DNA from: Acidobacteriota bacterium
Lineage (GTDB): Bacteria; Acidobacteriota; UBA6911; RPQK01; G965218465
Reading direction: 5' to 3'
Assembly: GCA_965218465.1 (NCBI GenBank)
Contig: OZ244623.1
Location: 3,032,237-3,096,236, forward strand
Length of the DNA stretch: 64,000 nt
Made by a program: the position numbers and the translations under genes. The notes under the pieces were generated by a model, which saw only the letters and a list, made by a program, of their open reading frames with translations, was not told where the DNA came from and ran no database searches. The first letter of the stretch is position 1. Every line of letters starts with the position of its first letter. Shown piece by piece: positions 12,405 to 23,651 of this stretch.

Positions 12405-13193
12405 ATGATTGTTTGCAAAGGACAGGCAGAGCTGGCGAAGATGCGCGAGGCCAACGTGATTGTGGCCAGTGTTTTGGCCCATCTGGGTACTCTGATTGAG
12501 CCCGGCGTACGGACTCGAGATCTTGATTTGATTGCCGAGCAGATGATTCGCGAGGCGGGGGGCAGCCCTGCGTTTAAAGGATATCGCGGCTATCCGGCTA
12601 CTTTGTGTGCTTCCGTTAACGAACAAATTGTGCATGGAATCCCCAACAGCCACCCGCTCCGGGAAGGTGACATATTGAGTCTGGATGTCGGGGTGTGTTG
12701 GGACGGCTTCTACGGTGATGCAGCCTGGACTTTCCCCGTAGGCGAGATCTCCGAGCCGTTGCAAAAGCTGCTTGAAGTGACTCGGGAATCCCTGTTACGG
12801 GGAATCGCTCGTATCCGCGCCGGAAACCGGATTTCGGATATTTCGGCTTCGATTCAGCAACATGTGGAAGCCAATGGCTTCGCCGTAGTACGAGACTTTG
12901 TCGGGCATGGAATCGGCCGCTCGCTGCACGAGGAACCGCAAGTGCCCAACTTTGGCCGGCCGGGCCGGGGGCCGCTTCTTAGCGAAGGGATGGTGTTGGC
13001 GATCGAGCCCATGGTCAATGCCAAGAGTCCCGAAGCCCGCATTCTTGCTGACCAATGGACAGCGGTGACTGCTGACGGAGGTTGCAGCGCTCATTTTGAG
13101 CACTCGGTAGCGGTGACCAAGAATGGTCCCTGGATTTTGAGTTCGTTGGAGGAGATGAGTTCCGAAAACGGGTCAGGGGGAGCAGAACAATGA
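12405..13193 (+). CDS. map: Methionine aminopeptidase, type I
   Basis: [40 protein letters not shown]. Confidence 0.97.
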   Translation: MIVCKGQAELAKMREANVIVASVLAHLGTLIEPGVRTRDLDLIAEQMIREAGGSPAFKGYRGYPATLCASVNEQIVHGIPNSHPLREGDILSLDVGVCWDGFYGDAAWTFPVGEISEPLQKLLEVTRESLLRGIARIRAGNRISDISASIQQHVEANGFAVVRDFVGHGIGRSLHEEPQVPNFGRPGRGPLLSEGMVLAIEPMVNAKSPEARILADQWTAVTADGGCSAHFEHSVAVTKNGPWILSSLEEMSSENGSGGAEQ

Positions 13194-13303
13194 AAGTTCG
13201 GGCTTCGGTCAAGAAAATGTGCATCAAATGCAAGGTGGTCCGACGCCGCGGAGTGGTGCGGGTTATCTGTTCCAATCCCAAACACAAACAGCGTCAGGGG
13301 TGA
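13190..13303 (+). CDS. rpmJ: 50S ribosomal protein L36 (37 aa, not in the ORF track)
   Basis: Manual translation [37 protein letters not shown]; ATGA overlap with the map stop. Confidence 0.97.
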   Translation: MKVRASVKKMCIKCKVVRRRGVVRVICSNPKHKQRQG

Positions 13304-13319
13304 GGGGACCTCAAGCTTT

Positions 13320-13691
13320 ATGGCACGAATAGCTGGCATCAATATTCCCGATAACAAACGAGTTTTTGTTGGGTTAACTTATATTTACGGGATTGGTTAC
13401 TCGCGAGCACAGAAAATTCTGGCTACGGTCAATGTCGATCCGACCAAGAAAGTTCGGGATCTGAGCGAGGAAGAGTCGACGCTGATTCGCAGGATCATTG
13501 AAGATCAGGGCCGGGTCGAAGGCGATCTGCGCAAAGAGAATCAACTCAATATCAAGCGACTGATGGATATCGGGTGTTATCGAGGTTTGCGACATCGGCG
13601 TGGACTGCCGGTTCGGGGACAGCGCACCTCTACCAATGCACGCACCCGCAAGGGACCCAAGAAATCGGGGATCCGAAGGCGCAGAAGGTAG
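13320..13691 (+). CDS. rpsM: 30S ribosomal protein S13
   Basis: [31 protein letters not shown]. Confidence 0.98.
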   Translation: MARIAGINIPDNKRVFVGLTYIYGIGYSRAQKILATVNVDPTKKVRDLSEEESTLIRRIIEDQGRVEGDLRKENQLNIKRLMDIGCYRGLRHRRGLPVRGQRTSTNARTRKGPKKSGIRRRRR

Positions 13692-13703
13692 TCGAGGCAA
13701 AGT

Positions 13704-14111
13704 ATGGTAAAGGCAGCGAAAAAAGGCACCAAGAAAAAGATCAAGAAGAAGAATCGGTCCACGGTTACCCATGGAATCGCCCACATCAGGGCGACTTTCA
13801 ACAACACGCTGATCAGCTTTAGTGATCTGGATGGCAACGTGCTCACCACTGGCAGCTCGGGTAGACAAGGTTTTAAGGGAAGCCGCAAAAGCACGCCTTT
13901 CGCGGCCTCGCAAGCAGCCCACCGAGCGGCTGCCGCAGCCCGCGATCTCTATGGAATGCGATTCTGTGAAGTTCGGGTTAAAGGTCCGGGATCAGGTCGG
14001 GAAGCCGCCATTCGTTCGATCCAAGCTGCCGGAGTGGAGATTAGAGCCATTCGTGACGTGACGCCCATCCCGCACAACGGTTGTCGCCCCCCCAAGAAAC
14101 GACGAGTGTAG
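13704..14111 (+). CDS. rpsK: 30S ribosomal protein S11
   Basis: [37 protein letters not shown]. Confidence 0.98.
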   Translation: MVKAAKKGTKKKIKKKNRSTVTHGIAHIRATFNNTLISFSDLDGNVLTTGSSGRQGFKGSRKSTPFAASQAAHRAAAAARDLYGMRFCEVRVKGPGSGREAAIRSIQAAGVEIRAIRDVTPIPHNGCRPPKKRRV

Positions 14112-14177
14112 ACCCGGGAATGGCCATTGCCCAGAGCGGAAAAAATCTGGGTTGGGTGTTCGGAGAGGAGAAAAAAG

Positions 14178-14813
14178 TTGGCACGCTATACCGGTCCCGT
14201 TTGCAGGCTTTGTAGACGAGAAGGTTCCAAACTGTTTCTCAAAGGCCAACGCTGTCATTCGGAGAAATGCGCCGTCGACAAGCGCAACTTCTTTCCCGGA
14301 GAGCACGGCCGTTTGGTGCGTCGTCGCAGCCAAGTCATTGGCTACGGCTTACAGCTTCGAGAAAAGCAAAAGGTCAAGCGGATCTACGGAGTTCTGGAAC
14401 GCCAGTTCCGCAACTATTTCAAAAAGTCGGCAAGGATGAAGGGCATCACCGGCGCAAGACTCTTGCAATTCCTTGAGCGGCGGTTGGACAACATCGTCTA
14501 TCGTTTAGGTTTTGCCACTTCGCGCAATCAGGCTCGGCAGTTGGTCCGCCATGGCCACGTCGAGGTCAATGGGCGCCGGGTTAATATTCCCTCTTTTCTG
14601 GTAAAGAAAGGGGATGAAATAGCCGTCCGTCAAAAGAGCCGCAAGAACGTCTTTATCCAGGGAGCGCTAGAGAGTGTCTCGGCGCGTACAGTGCCAGAGT
14701 GGTTGGAGCTTCAGCCTCAGGAATTCAAGGGTCAGGTGCTCGAACTGCCGCGGCGAGAAGACATTTCGATTCCAATTGAAGAGCAGCTAATCGTCGAGCT
14801 CTATTCGAAGTAA
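14178..14813 (+). CDS. rpsD: 30S ribosomal protein S4
   Basis: TTG start at 14178 after GAGGAG gives [16 protein letters not shown]; [20 protein letters not shown]. Confidence 0.97.
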   Translation: MARYTGPVCRLCRREGSKLFLKGQRCHSEKCAVDKRNFFPGEHGRLVRRRSQVIGYGLQLREKQKVKRIYGVLERQFRNYFKKSARMKGITGARLLQFLERRLDNIVYRLGFATSRNQARQLVRHGHVEVNGRRVNIPSFLVKKGDEIAVRQKSRKNVFIQGALESVSARTVPEWLELQPQEFKGQVLELPRREDISIPIEEQLIVELYSK

Positions 14814-14967
14814 TCCATCACGTAATCCTTCGCTTTATCCTGGGCGACTATCGCGCTTCGGACTGATTTCAGGAGCACCGGACGGTCAAACGTCAACGGG
14901 TAGCGACAAAGGAAGTCCAAAGCCTTTCCAGAGTGGCGAGAGGATATCAGAAATCGGGAGAGAAGCT

Positions 14968-15954
14968 ATGGAGGGTTTTCAACGACCAAAACGACTGGCC
15001 TGTGCCAAGGAAACACTTTCGGACCGCTACGGTCACTTCTTTGCCCAACCTTTCCAGCGGGGTTTCGGCACCACTTTGGGCAACGCCCTCAGGCGAATTT
15101 TACTCTCTTCCATCGAAGGAGCAGCCATCACTGCGGTCAAGATTGACGGTGTGTTGCATGAGTTTTCGTCGATTCCCGGCGTCAAAGAAGATGTGACCGA
15201 CATCCTAATGAACGTTAAACAGATCCCGCTCAAACTCCACGTCGACCGCCCCAAAACGCTTTATCTGGAGTCTCAGGGAGCCCAGGAGCTGAAATCAGGC
15301 GACATTAAGACCGATCCCGATGTGGAGATCCTGGATCCCAATGTGGCCATTGCCACTCTCAACGAGACCGGGCAGGTGCGCATGGAGTTGAGAGTGCGGA
15401 AGAACCGGGGCTATGTTCCGGCCAATGAGAATTTTGAGGAAGATCTCGGGTTAGGCTACATCCCCGTGGACTCTATCCATTCCCCGGTTCGGAAGGTCAA
15501 CTTCTACGTCGAAGCTGCTCGGCTGGTGCAGGCAACTGACTACGACCGCCTCAACTTGGAGGTGTGGACCAACGGGTGTTTGTCGCCTGAAGACGCCATT
15601 GGCCAAGCAGCCAAAATCTTGAAGGATCACCTTTATATTTTCATCAATTTCGAGGAAGAAACGGATCATGCGGAGGCGACCGATGAAGAAGACCTGCAAG
15701 GAGTCAACAAACATCTCAACAAATCGGTCGAAGAATTGGAGCTTTCGGTCCGCTCTTACAATTGCCTCAAGAACGCCAGTATTCAGACGATTGGGCAACT
15801 GGTCGTGAAGACCGAGGCCGAGATGCTAAAGACCAAGAACTTTGGGCGCAAGTCCTTAACCGAGATCAAGGAAATCTTGGCGGATATGGGGCTGTCCTTC
15901 GGAATGGAACTTGATGAGAGAGGGCGTCCAATACCGGAAAAGGCCGAGGCCTGA
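14968..15954 (+). CDS. rpoA: RNA polymerase alpha subunit
   Basis: [50 protein letters not shown]. Confidence 0.99.
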   Translation: MEGFQRPKRLACAKETLSDRYGHFFAQPFQRGFGTTLGNALRRILLSSIEGAAITAVKIDGVLHEFSSIPGVKEDVTDILMNVKQIPLKLHVDRPKTLYLESQGAQELKSGDIKTDPDVEILDPNVAIATLNETGQVRMELRVRKNRGYVPANENFEEDLGLGYIPVDSIHSPVRKVNFYVEAARLVQATDYDRLNLEVWTNGCLSPEDAIGQAAKILKDHLYIFINFEEETDHAEATDEEDLQGVNKHLNKSVEELELSVRSYNCLKNASIQTIGQLVVKTEAEMLKTKNFGRKSLTEIKEILADMGLSFGMELDERGRPIPEKAEA

Positions 15955-16003
15955 ACATTCCCGAGCCACTTGACCTCCGCCCGGACACCAGGAGAAATAC
16001 CCA

Positions 16004-16405
16004 ATGCGACACCGAAGATCGGGCCGCAAACTTAATCGCACTCCCAGCCACCGCCATGCGATGCTGCGCAACTTGGTGACCGAGTTACTCGACAAAGAAC
16101 GCCTCATCACGACGGTACCCAAAGCCAAGGAACTGCGCCCTTTTGCAGACAAGATGATCACCCTAGGCAAACGCGAGACACTGCACGCCCGGCGAAAGGT
16201 GCTTTCGCTAGTCCGCCGTAAAGAGGTCGTCCACAAGCTCTTTGACACTCTGGCCCCGCGCTTTGCCGATCGCCAAGGTGGCTACTCACGCATTATTCGT
16301 ATGGGCTTCCGCAAAGGTGATAACGCCGAGATTGCTCTAATCGAGTTGGTGGGCAGCGAATACTCTTCTTCACTTCAGGACACCAAAAAACGCAAGAAGG
16401 GCTAG
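16004..16405 (+). CDS. rplQ: 50S ribosomal protein L17
   Basis: [32 protein letters not shown]. Confidence 0.98.
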   Translation: MRHRRSGRKLNRTPSHRHAMLRNLVTELLDKERLITTVPKAKELRPFADKMITLGKRETLHARRKVLSLVRRKEVVHKLFDTLAPRFADRQGGYSRIIRMGFRKGDNAEIALIELVGSEYSSSLQDTKKRKKG

Positions 16406-16535
16406 TCCTGGTACGAGATCACCGAAAGTTTAAGGGTACGGACTTCCGGGTGCTCGTCATCGACCAGCCAATTGGGCCTCTGCGAACGAGAGTCGTCCCC
16501 GCCTTTTCTCCAGGGGCGACGGAGTGAACGTCCGA

Positions 16536-19364
16536 TCAAAGGATCCACGCGCTGTCGACAGGAGCCAGAGGCCGATTGAGAAAACGGGACCGGCGCAGAC
16601 CACCGGGATGAGTCTGGCGATCAAGGGCCATCTGGTTCCAACGTTTGAAAACCCGAAACGATCGCTCGGTGTCAACCATGACATCGCCGTACCGTTCGTC
16701 GGGGCCGGGAATACTCAGGCGAACCGTTTGTAGCCAACAATGGGCACCTGAGATGGGGTCAGGGTGAACCGCATGGGTGAGATTCTGGTGGACTCCACCG
16801 TCTCTCCAGAAGATTCGGCGACTGTCGGGGTCTCTCGATGGGTAGGGTTGGACGCCGCTAACAACCCGCATGCGCCATTGGCCTTTTCGCGGGCTGGAAA
16901 TTTCCACCGTGTTGGTCATCCAACCCCCCGGCGCATCCTGACGTCTTCGCCAGCGTCCGATGTGGTGTGAGCAGGCCACGACTCCCGGCCGAATCGCTTC
17001 GCTCACCCAGACTTTGTCCACAAACCAACCGATCTCCGTCTCGACTTTGACCAAAGAACCGGTCCGAAGTCCCAACTGGCGCCCATCCGTGGTGTGGATC
17101 CAAACCGGGTTCTGATTGGCGATTTCGGAGAGCCACTTGGAGTTAGCCGAACGGGTGTGGATGTGGGTCGGTAATCGGAAAGTCGGCAGCAGGACGAACT
17201 CATTTTCCTTCAGCCGGCTGGGATGGACGTGCGACCGAATATAGCCGGGCAAGACGTGGTCCCGGTAGCCGAAATCTTCCAGAATTGAGGAGTAGAACTC
17301 CTGGCGACGGGAGGGTGTCGGAAAGCCAACGTAGTTTTTATCATCGATCCGGACCCCAATTGCACGGTCATCCTTGACGATGCGGCCGCCCGACTCGACC
17401 TGAGCCTCTTGCATCTGCTCGGCGGATAACGGCGTCAAATGCTTTTGGTAGCCCTTCGTCTCCACTTCGAACGCACCATATTTGCGCATGTAGTCCAGCG
17501 GAGACAGGTTTTCCGTAGCGGCCTGCTCGGGGAGACCAGGTGTGTGCTCGAAAAGGTAGCGGTAGTATTCCTCCACCGTGATTTTTTGTCCGGGACGATA
17601 AGGGCTAAGGAAGTGCTCGCGGATTCCGAGATCATTCGTCTTGTCGATCTTCCAGGAGAGTTCGATCCAAAACTCGTCCTCTTCCCACACCTCGCCCGGA
17701 TTGACCTCCCAAGTAAAGCGAACCTGACGACCCTGGCGGCGGGCCAGTTCTCTCAATACCGGTTGTCGAAACGCGATCCAGGTCCCCGAATGAGTCTCGT
17801 AAGAGATCAGGTCGTGACGCTCTGAAGCGTGGCCCATCGGCAGCACATAGTCGGCAAAGAAAGCGGTTTCGTTCCAAGTTGGTGTCAGCGCGACATGACA
17901 GCCAATCGAATCTTCAGAGGTGAGCATCTCGATCCAGGAAAAGCCGTCCGGGTAGGTCCATACCGGGTTGAAGACCCGGGTAAAGTAGACATCAATCGAG
18001 CCACGCCCATCCTTGATTAAATGGGGCAGAATCGGACTCATCTCATAGTGGCTGAGAGTGTATTCGGGTGGAAAGTGCAACTCGTTCCACACCGGGGGAG
18101 GCGGTGGATGGTCAAAGAGCGGTGGGGAGAATTTGTTCCAGCTACTGGGAGAAGTGCCCCCCGGAGTACCTATCGATCCTGTCAGGACACTCAAGAAATG
18201 CAAACAGCGTGCCACCTGCCAGCCGCCCAGGTTGCCGATAGCGGCCGATCGCCAGATGTGGCAAGCAAAGCGGGAGCCGGCCTCTCCGATTAACTGGGCG
18301 ACCTCGACAACTTGTCGGCTGGGAAGCCCTGATTCCTGGGCAGCGAACTCGGGTGTGAACTCCGCGTACTCATCGCTCAGTTTGTCCAGGAATATCGAGA
18401 ATTCGAGCGGAGCCGAGGGATGTTGTTTTTGCAGATATTGCTGCCAGTTGACCCAGTCATGCAGGTAGTCGGCATCGTAGAGTTTTTCTTCGATCAAAAT
18501 TTTGGCGATGGCCAATAGGACGGCCGCTTCGCTTCCAGGATAGGTGGGAAGCCAGTGATCGGCCATCGAGGCTGTGTTGGAGAGTCGAGGGTCGATCACG
18601 ATCAGCTTGGCGCCCCCCATCATTCCCTCCAGAATACGCTGAGCGTGAGGATTGAAATAATGGCCCGTTTCCAGATGAGAACTCAGCAGCAAGATCACAC
18701 GGGCGCCGGCATGATCGGGTGAAGGCCGGTCGCTCTTGTGCCAGAGACTGTAACCGGTACGGGCGCCAGCCGAGCAGATGTTGGTGTGAGAGTTGTGACC
18801 GTCCACGCCCCAGGCCTTCAGAACCCTTTCGGCGTACCCTTCATGGCCGGGTCTTCCCACATGGTAGACGACCTTGTCTCGCCGGTTGGCCTGTAGTGAA
18901 GATCGAACCTTAGAAGCGATTTCCTTCAGCGCCTGATCCCAGCTGATCCGTTCCCACTGACCTCCACCCCTCTGGCCCGTGCGTTTGAGTGGGTAAAGAA
19001 TTCTCTGGGTATCTTCGATCTGGTTAATAGTCGCCGGACCCTTGGCACAATTGCGTCCGCGGGAACCGGGGTGATAAGGGTTGCCTTCGAATTTACGGAT
19101 CCGCCCGCTTTCCTGGTCGATGTAAGCCAACAGTCCGCAGCCCGCTTCACAATTAAAACAGGTGGTGGGGATGATCGAGTAATGTCGCTCGACCTGCTGA
19201 GGCCAAGCCTGAGCATCCAGTTCCACGAAGGCGTCCCACTCGTCGGGGGCTGGATAGCGGTGTAGCTTGGCCCCGGGTCCCAGGCGACCTGCCGGGGCCC
19301 GTTCCAAACTGGTTATCAAGCCGACTCGCTCGGCCGCCCGTTCGATCCAAGCTCGCTTGCTCAT
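16536..19364 (-). CDS. Molybdopterin (DMSO-reductase superfamily) oxidoreductase catalytic subunit, substrate unknown
   Basis: N-terminal CFNCEAGC...CAKG 4Fe-4S motif, ILYPLKR, WERISWDQAL, IDPR, ADYVLP, C-terminal Mo-bisPGD binding domain (HIHTRS, VWIH). Confidence 0.9.
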   Translation of the reverse strand: MSKRAWIERAAERVGLITSLERAPAGRLGPGAKLHRYPAPDEWDAFVELDAQAWPQQVERHYSIIPTTCFNCEAGCGLLAYIDQESGRIRKFEGNPYHPGSRGRNCAKGPATINQIEDTQRILYPLKRTGQRGGGQWERISWDQALKEIASKVRSSLQANRRDKVVYHVGRPGHEGYAERVLKAWGVDGHNSHTNICSAGARTGYSLWHKSDRPSPDHAGARVILLLSSHLETGHYFNPHAQRILEGMMGGAKLIVIDPRLSNTASMADHWLPTYPGSEAAVLLAIAKILIEEKLYDADYLHDWVNWQQYLQKQHPSAPLEFSIFLDKLSDEYAEFTPEFAAQESGLPSRQVVEVAQLIGEAGSRFACHIWRSAAIGNLGGWQVARCLHFLSVLTGSIGTPGGTSPSSWNKFSPPLFDHPPPPPVWNELHFPPEYTLSHYEMSPILPHLIKDGRGSIDVYFTRVFNPVWTYPDGFSWIEMLTSEDSIGCHVALTPTWNETAFFADYVLPMGHASERHDLISYETHSGTWIAFRQPVLRELARRQGRQVRFTWEVNPGEVWEEDEFWIELSWKIDKTNDLGIREHFLSPYRPGQKITVEEYYRYLFEHTPGLPEQAATENLSPLDYMRKYGAFEVETKGYQKHLTPLSAEQMQEAQVESGGRIVKDDRAIGVRIDDKNYVGFPTPSRRQEFYSSILEDFGYRDHVLPGYIRSHVHPSRLKENEFVLLPTFRLPTHIHTRSANSKWLSEIANQNPVWIHTTDGRQLGLRTGSLVKVETEIGWFVDKVWVSEAIRPGVVACSHHIGRWRRRQDAPGGWMTNTVEISSPRKGQWRMRVVSGVQPYPSRDPDSRRIFWRDGGVHQNLTHAVHPDPISGAHCWLQTVRLSIPGPDERYGDVMVDTERSFRVFKRWNQMALDRQTHPGGLRRSRFLNRPLAPVDSAWIL

Positions 19365-19469
19365 TGAATCGTTGCCTTTCTCTCACTCATTAGCCGTCTC
19401 TAGCGGAGCTGTTTTGAGCTTTCTGCACCTAGGTAACTTGGCGAAAACTCGAGCACTCGCCACTCGGCT

Positions 19470-21095
19470 CTAGGCCAATGGAATCAACTGGGGTACCCGC
19501 ACCCAGATATACTCAGTCACGAGGATTCCCCCCAAGACCAGCAGGGCAGCTGCTTCGGTAACGGGCCAGGGAGCACCCAGCACGAAAAGGATCAGTGGAA
19601 GGATTGATCCCAATATCCACCCTGCCAACGTGTAAATGCGGTAGGGGCCACGACCGATCAGCTTTGCCGCTTTACGCGTGTCGGCTGAGCCATGAGGCAT
19701 TACCATCTCCAAAAACTGGAGGCCCAAATTGATGCCCAACGAGACCAAGAGAACAGGGATGAGCATACCCGCTCGGCCCGGACTGAGCAAAAGTAGGACG
19801 GAACAACCCGCCAGCAGCGCGTGGTTGAGCATGCGAAAACCGGAAAGCGGTGACAGCCACCAGTCGCGGCCCTTGGCTTGGCCAAAAAGAAAGGCAGTGT
19901 AGACCGCTCCCATTAGAGCCAGTCCCATCGACGGCCATTGCAATAGTTGAGACCAGCCGGGCTTCCCCCACCAGGCAAAAAGCACCATCAGTCCGACCAG
20001 ACCTGCCAGTCCCGTAATTACATAAGCGCCTCGGACTAGCCACGAACGCCAGTTTGGTCTTAACAAGACGAAGAAAAACCGGTCGGGGCGGTCCAGATCA
20101 TGCACCAGCAGGCAGGCGGTCAGTCCCAGAAAAACCAGAGTTGTACTCCACCAAGTCAACTGTTCCATCTGGGAGGGCCGATCACCCAAGAGAGCTAGAA
20201 GAGTCCCCACCATGAAAACACCGGTGGCAACGGCCTTGGTCCAAATATAGCAGGGGACCTGCCAACCCCAGAGCACGCCCTTGTCAGGGGTGTCATAAAC
20301 ACGGCGGGGAGCGGCGGTCTGCTCCAGTTCCCTCCGGACATCGTCAACCGCCCGCTGCGAAACCGAGAATGCCCCCGCCAGCAGCACGCCACCCTGCCCT
20401 CGTTTGTCATCGGCCCCAGGTGAGATGAGATCCTTCTCGGATTGCGTGGCCAACCGATTTTCAGCGTACTCCGCATAGTGTCCGACTCCGGCAGCTTGGC
20501 CCGAGAAAAGGTAGTCGCGAGCAGGTTCGGCTGCCTGAGGATTGAGCGAAGCGTGATCCCCATCGATATAGAAAACGTTGGGTCGGGTTCCTTTTTCAGG
20601 CTTCCTGACCGAAGTCTGGTGACGGGCGACCAGTTGAGCGATGTTAGAACCAGGGTCCTCCAGGTCTCCCGAGATGATCGCCTCCACTGGGCAGACGATA
20701 ACGCAGGCCGGCTCATAATGATTCTCGATCCGGTGGGCACAGTAGTTGCACTTGGCGGCCGTTTGGGTTGCCGGGTCGATGTAAAGCGCATCATAGGGAC
20801 AGGCCTGCATGCACGACTTGCAGCCGATACAACGGTCGCCGTCGAAGTCCACGATTCCATCCCGACGTGTAAAAAGGGCAGAGGTGGGACAGATCTCAAC
20901 GCAAGGGGCGTCCTCACAATGATTGCAGCGGGTTACAGTGAAAGTCCGTCGCGAGGCGGGAAAGACGCCCTTTTCTACGTACTTGACGTGAGTGCGGTTG
21001 ACTCCCAAGGGGATCTGGTGCTCGGATTTGCAGGCCACCGTGCAAGCATGGCAACCAATACACTTTCGATTATCGATGACAAATCCGTAGTTCAT
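19470..21095 (-). CDS. Fusion of a DmsB/NrfC-like 4x[4Fe-4S] subunit and an NrfD/PsrC-like membrane anchor
   Basis: CIGCHACTVAC, CNHCEDAPCVEICP, CIGCKSCMQACPY, KCNYC..PACVIVCP, then WGWQV, DLDRPDRF, SWLVRG, YTAFL and about 8 hydrophobic segments. Confidence 0.9.
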   Translation of the reverse strand: MNYGFVIDNRKCIGCHACTVACKSEHQIPLGVNRTHVKYVEKGVFPASRRTFTVTRCNHCEDAPCVEICPTSALFTRRDGIVDFDGDRCIGCKSCMQACPYDALYIDPATQTAAKCNYCAHRIENHYEPACVIVCPVEAIISGDLEDPGSNIAQLVARHQTSVRKPEKGTRPNVFYIDGDHASLNPQAAEPARDYLFSGQAAGVGHYAEYAENRLATQSEKDLISPGADDKRGQGGVLLAGAFSVSQRAVDDVRRELEQTAAPRRVYDTPDKGVLWGWQVPCYIWTKAVATGVFMVGTLLALLGDRPSQMEQLTWWSTTLVFLGLTACLLVHDLDRPDRFFFVLLRPNWRSWLVRGAYVITGLAGLVGLMVLFAWWGKPGWSQLLQWPSMGLALMGAVYTAFLFGQAKGRDWWLSPLSGFRMLNHALLAGCSVLLLLSPGRAGMLIPVLLVSLGINLGLQFLEMVMPHGSADTRKAAKLIGRGPYRIYTLAGWILGSILPLILFVLGAPWPVTEAAALLVLGGILVTEYIWVRVPQLIPLA

Positions 21096-21272
21096 TCTTG
21101 TCCCGGCGACAGTTACAGTTCTGCCCCAAAAGGGGGAAGTAAGTCAACACTTTGCCGTAAGAAGACTGGATAGTCACCCACGATGGGGCGAGCAAAGAGG
21201 CTATGGGTCTCGACCGACGATCTGTTCTCTGCAGCCTAAGGGAGGAAGCGTGGGGATCATGAATTCGTCACC

Positions 21273-23534
21273 ATGACGATAACCTCCGATGCTAAGATGG
21301 AAGCCATGCAAACCAAGCATCTGAACTTATTATTGCTGAATTGTTTGGCCCTGTTCGCGGTTACCTCGGTCATCGCTCGTCAAACAGAGACGACTGGCGA
21401 CCAGAGACTCACTCTGGAAATGCTCTACCATCCCGACCGGAGGGTCGATCTGGATGGCTCTCCCCCGCGAATTATGGCTTGGCTTGAGGACAATCGCCAT
21501 TATCTGACGAACCGGCGCAACGACCAGCGAGTGCAACAATTGATCAAGGCCCACGCCCAAAGCGGCCAGGAGACGCCACTTTACGATCCTGCCCGATTGC
21601 AAAAGGATTTTTCCCGGTTATCGACCGTTGATGAAAAAGTGGCCTCGGATCTGCTTCGAGAAGGGCAACTTGATTTAAGCCCTGATGAAACCACGCTTCT
21701 GATTTCCTATGCGGGCGATTTGTTTCTTTACCGGCTCGACACCCACGAGGCCCAACATTTGACGCAGACTAAGGAGCGCGAAAGGGAGGCTCATTTCAGC
21801 CCCGACAGCAGGAAATTGGCCTTTGTTCGCAATAGTGACCTGCACGTCTTCGACCTTGCCACCGGTTCCGAGCTTCGCCTCACCTGGGGCGGAAACGAAG
21901 ATCTGCTCAATGGGGTGCTCGATTGGGTCTACCAGGAAGAGATCTATGGTCGCGGCGATTATCAAGGTTACTGGTGGAGCCCCGATTCAAGTCGAATCGC
22001 GTTTGTGCAGCTTGACGAAAGTTCCGTCCCCAGCTTTAGCGTAATCGACCATATTCCCCAGCACCTGAAGATCGAAGTGACCCGTTACCCCAAGGCGGGC
22101 GACCCCAATCCCAAGCCACGGCTGGGTGTGGTTTCCGCCGCCGCCGGAGGAACGCTTTGGATTGATTTGAGTGGCTATCGACCGGAAGACCTTCTGATTG
22201 TCCAGGTAGGTTGGAACAGCGATGGAAATGAAGTCGTTTTTCAGGCCCAGAACAAAGAGCAGACTTGGTTGGATCTCAATGCCGCCTCTCCTGACAACGG
22301 CAGTCGTAGGCGCCTTTTGCGAGAGACGAGCCCAACCTGGGTTAACCGCTTGGATCCGCCCTATTGGTTGCAGGATGGAAGCTTTCTGTGGTCCAGTGAA
22401 CGAACTGGCTGGCGCCATCTTTATCGCTACAGCTCGCAGGGCGAGTTGCTGGGTGCGGTCACTTCGGGTGACTGGGAGGCTAGACAGCTACATGGAGTGG
22501 ATGAAGAATCGGGCTGGATCTATTTTTCCGGCACGCGTCGTAGCCTGATCGGTCTGGATTTGTACCGGGTCAAACTGGACGGTAGCCAGATTTCACGCCT
22601 GACCCAGCGGCCCGGCAGCCACCGCGTGCGTTTCAATTCCGATTTGTCACTCTTTATTGACGCCTGGAGCGACTTCAATACACCCACCCAGACGCGGGTC
22701 CGTCGAGCTGACGGCCACGAGCTGCGAGTGGTTGATCCGAGCCCCAATCTTCGACTTTCCCAACTCAGGCTGACGCCGCCGGAACTGATTCAAGTCCCGA
22801 CCCGCGATGGCTTCGTTATGGAAGCACTCCTGATCAAGCCTGTTGATTTCGATCCCAGTCGCCGCTACCCCGTTGTGTCTCATGTCTATGGCGGTCCCCA
22901 CGCGCCGAGGGTCGTCAACCGCTGGGGTGGAACTACTTATTTGTGGCATCAGTATCTGGCCCAACAGGGTTATCTGATCTGGATTTGTGACAACCGAACC
23001 GCTAGTGGTAAGGGCGCTCAATCGACTTGGCCGGCCTATCGCAACCTGGGTGAAATGGAACTGAGAGATCTGGAAGACGGGCTCGACTGGCTCAAGGGCC
23101 AGCCTTGGGTCGACGGTAGCCGTATAGGTCTTTGGGGCTGGAGCTATGGGGGTTATCTGACCAGCTATGCCTTGACCCACAGCTCGAGTTTCAAGATCGG
23201 AATTGCCGGCGCACCGGTGACCGACTGGCGACTTTACGACACGATTTATACCGAACGATACATGGGAACCCCTCAAGGCAACCCCGAGGGTTACGATAAG
23301 AGTTCCGTGCTTAAGGCAGCTGCCAACCTGCAAGGCAAGCTGCTTTTGCTGCACGGAACCATAGATGACAACGTCCACCTGCAAAACACAATCCAGCTGA
23401 TCCATCAGTTGCAGAAGGCCGGCAAGCAGTTCGAACTGATGCTCTTTCCCCAAAGCCGTCACGGCATCCGTTCACCCCAACAGGTGTGGCATCTGCGCCA
23501 ACTGATGACGCGTTTTGTCCTGGACAATTTATGA
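21273..23534 (+). CDS. S9B family dipeptidyl peptidase IV-like protein, secreted (start may be 21297 or 21306)
   Basis: Signal peptide, DWVYQEE, YPKAG, catalytic GWSYGG, HGTIDDNVH, SRHG. Confidence 0.93.
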   Translation: MTITSDAKMEAMQTKHLNLLLLNCLALFAVTSVIARQTETTGDQRLTLEMLYHPDRRVDLDGSPPRIMAWLEDNRHYLTNRRNDQRVQQLIKAHAQSGQETPLYDPARLQKDFSRLSTVDEKVASDLLREGQLDLSPDETTLLISYAGDLFLYRLDTHEAQHLTQTKEREREAHFSPDSRKLAFVRNSDLHVFDLATGSELRLTWGGNEDLLNGVLDWVYQEEIYGRGDYQGYWWSPDSSRIAFVQLDESSVPSFSVIDHIPQHLKIEVTRYPKAGDPNPKPRLGVVSAAAGGTLWIDLSGYRPEDLLIVQVGWNSDGNEVVFQAQNKEQTWLDLNAASPDNGSRRRLLRETSPTWVNRLDPPYWLQDGSFLWSSERTGWRHLYRYSSQGELLGAVTSGDWEARQLHGVDEESGWIYFSGTRRSLIGLDLYRVKLDGSQISRLTQRPGSHRVRFNSDLSLFIDAWSDFNTPTQTRVRRADGHELRVVDPSPNLRLSQLRLTPPELIQVPTRDGFVMEALLIKPVDFDPSRRYPVVSHVYGGPHAPRVVNRWGGTTYLWHQYLAQQGYLIWICDNRTASGKGAQSTWPAYRNLGEMELRDLEDGLDWLKGQPWVDGSRIGLWGWSYGGYLTSYALTHSSSFKIGIAGAPVTDWRLYDTIYTERYMGTPQGNPEGYDKSSVLKAAANLQGKLLLLHGTIDDNVHLQNTIQLIHQLQKAGKQFELMLFPQSRHGIRSPQQVWHLRQLMTRFVLDNL

Positions 23535-23651
23535 GTTGTGGATTCAGTGGGCATTTTGAAGCCAATGAATTCAGACAGGTCTTGGTCTTGAAAAATCTCC
23601 TTAAGGTTGGCCCCAATTCTTGTCTGGGCCTTAATCCCTTCGCCGCCTGCC

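Noticed and set aside
14933-14985. Possible frameshift at the rpoA start (LWR in one frame, GFQ in another)
   Set aside because: ATG at 14968 has a well-spaced GGGAGAG RBS and gives a full-length protein, so no frameshift is needed
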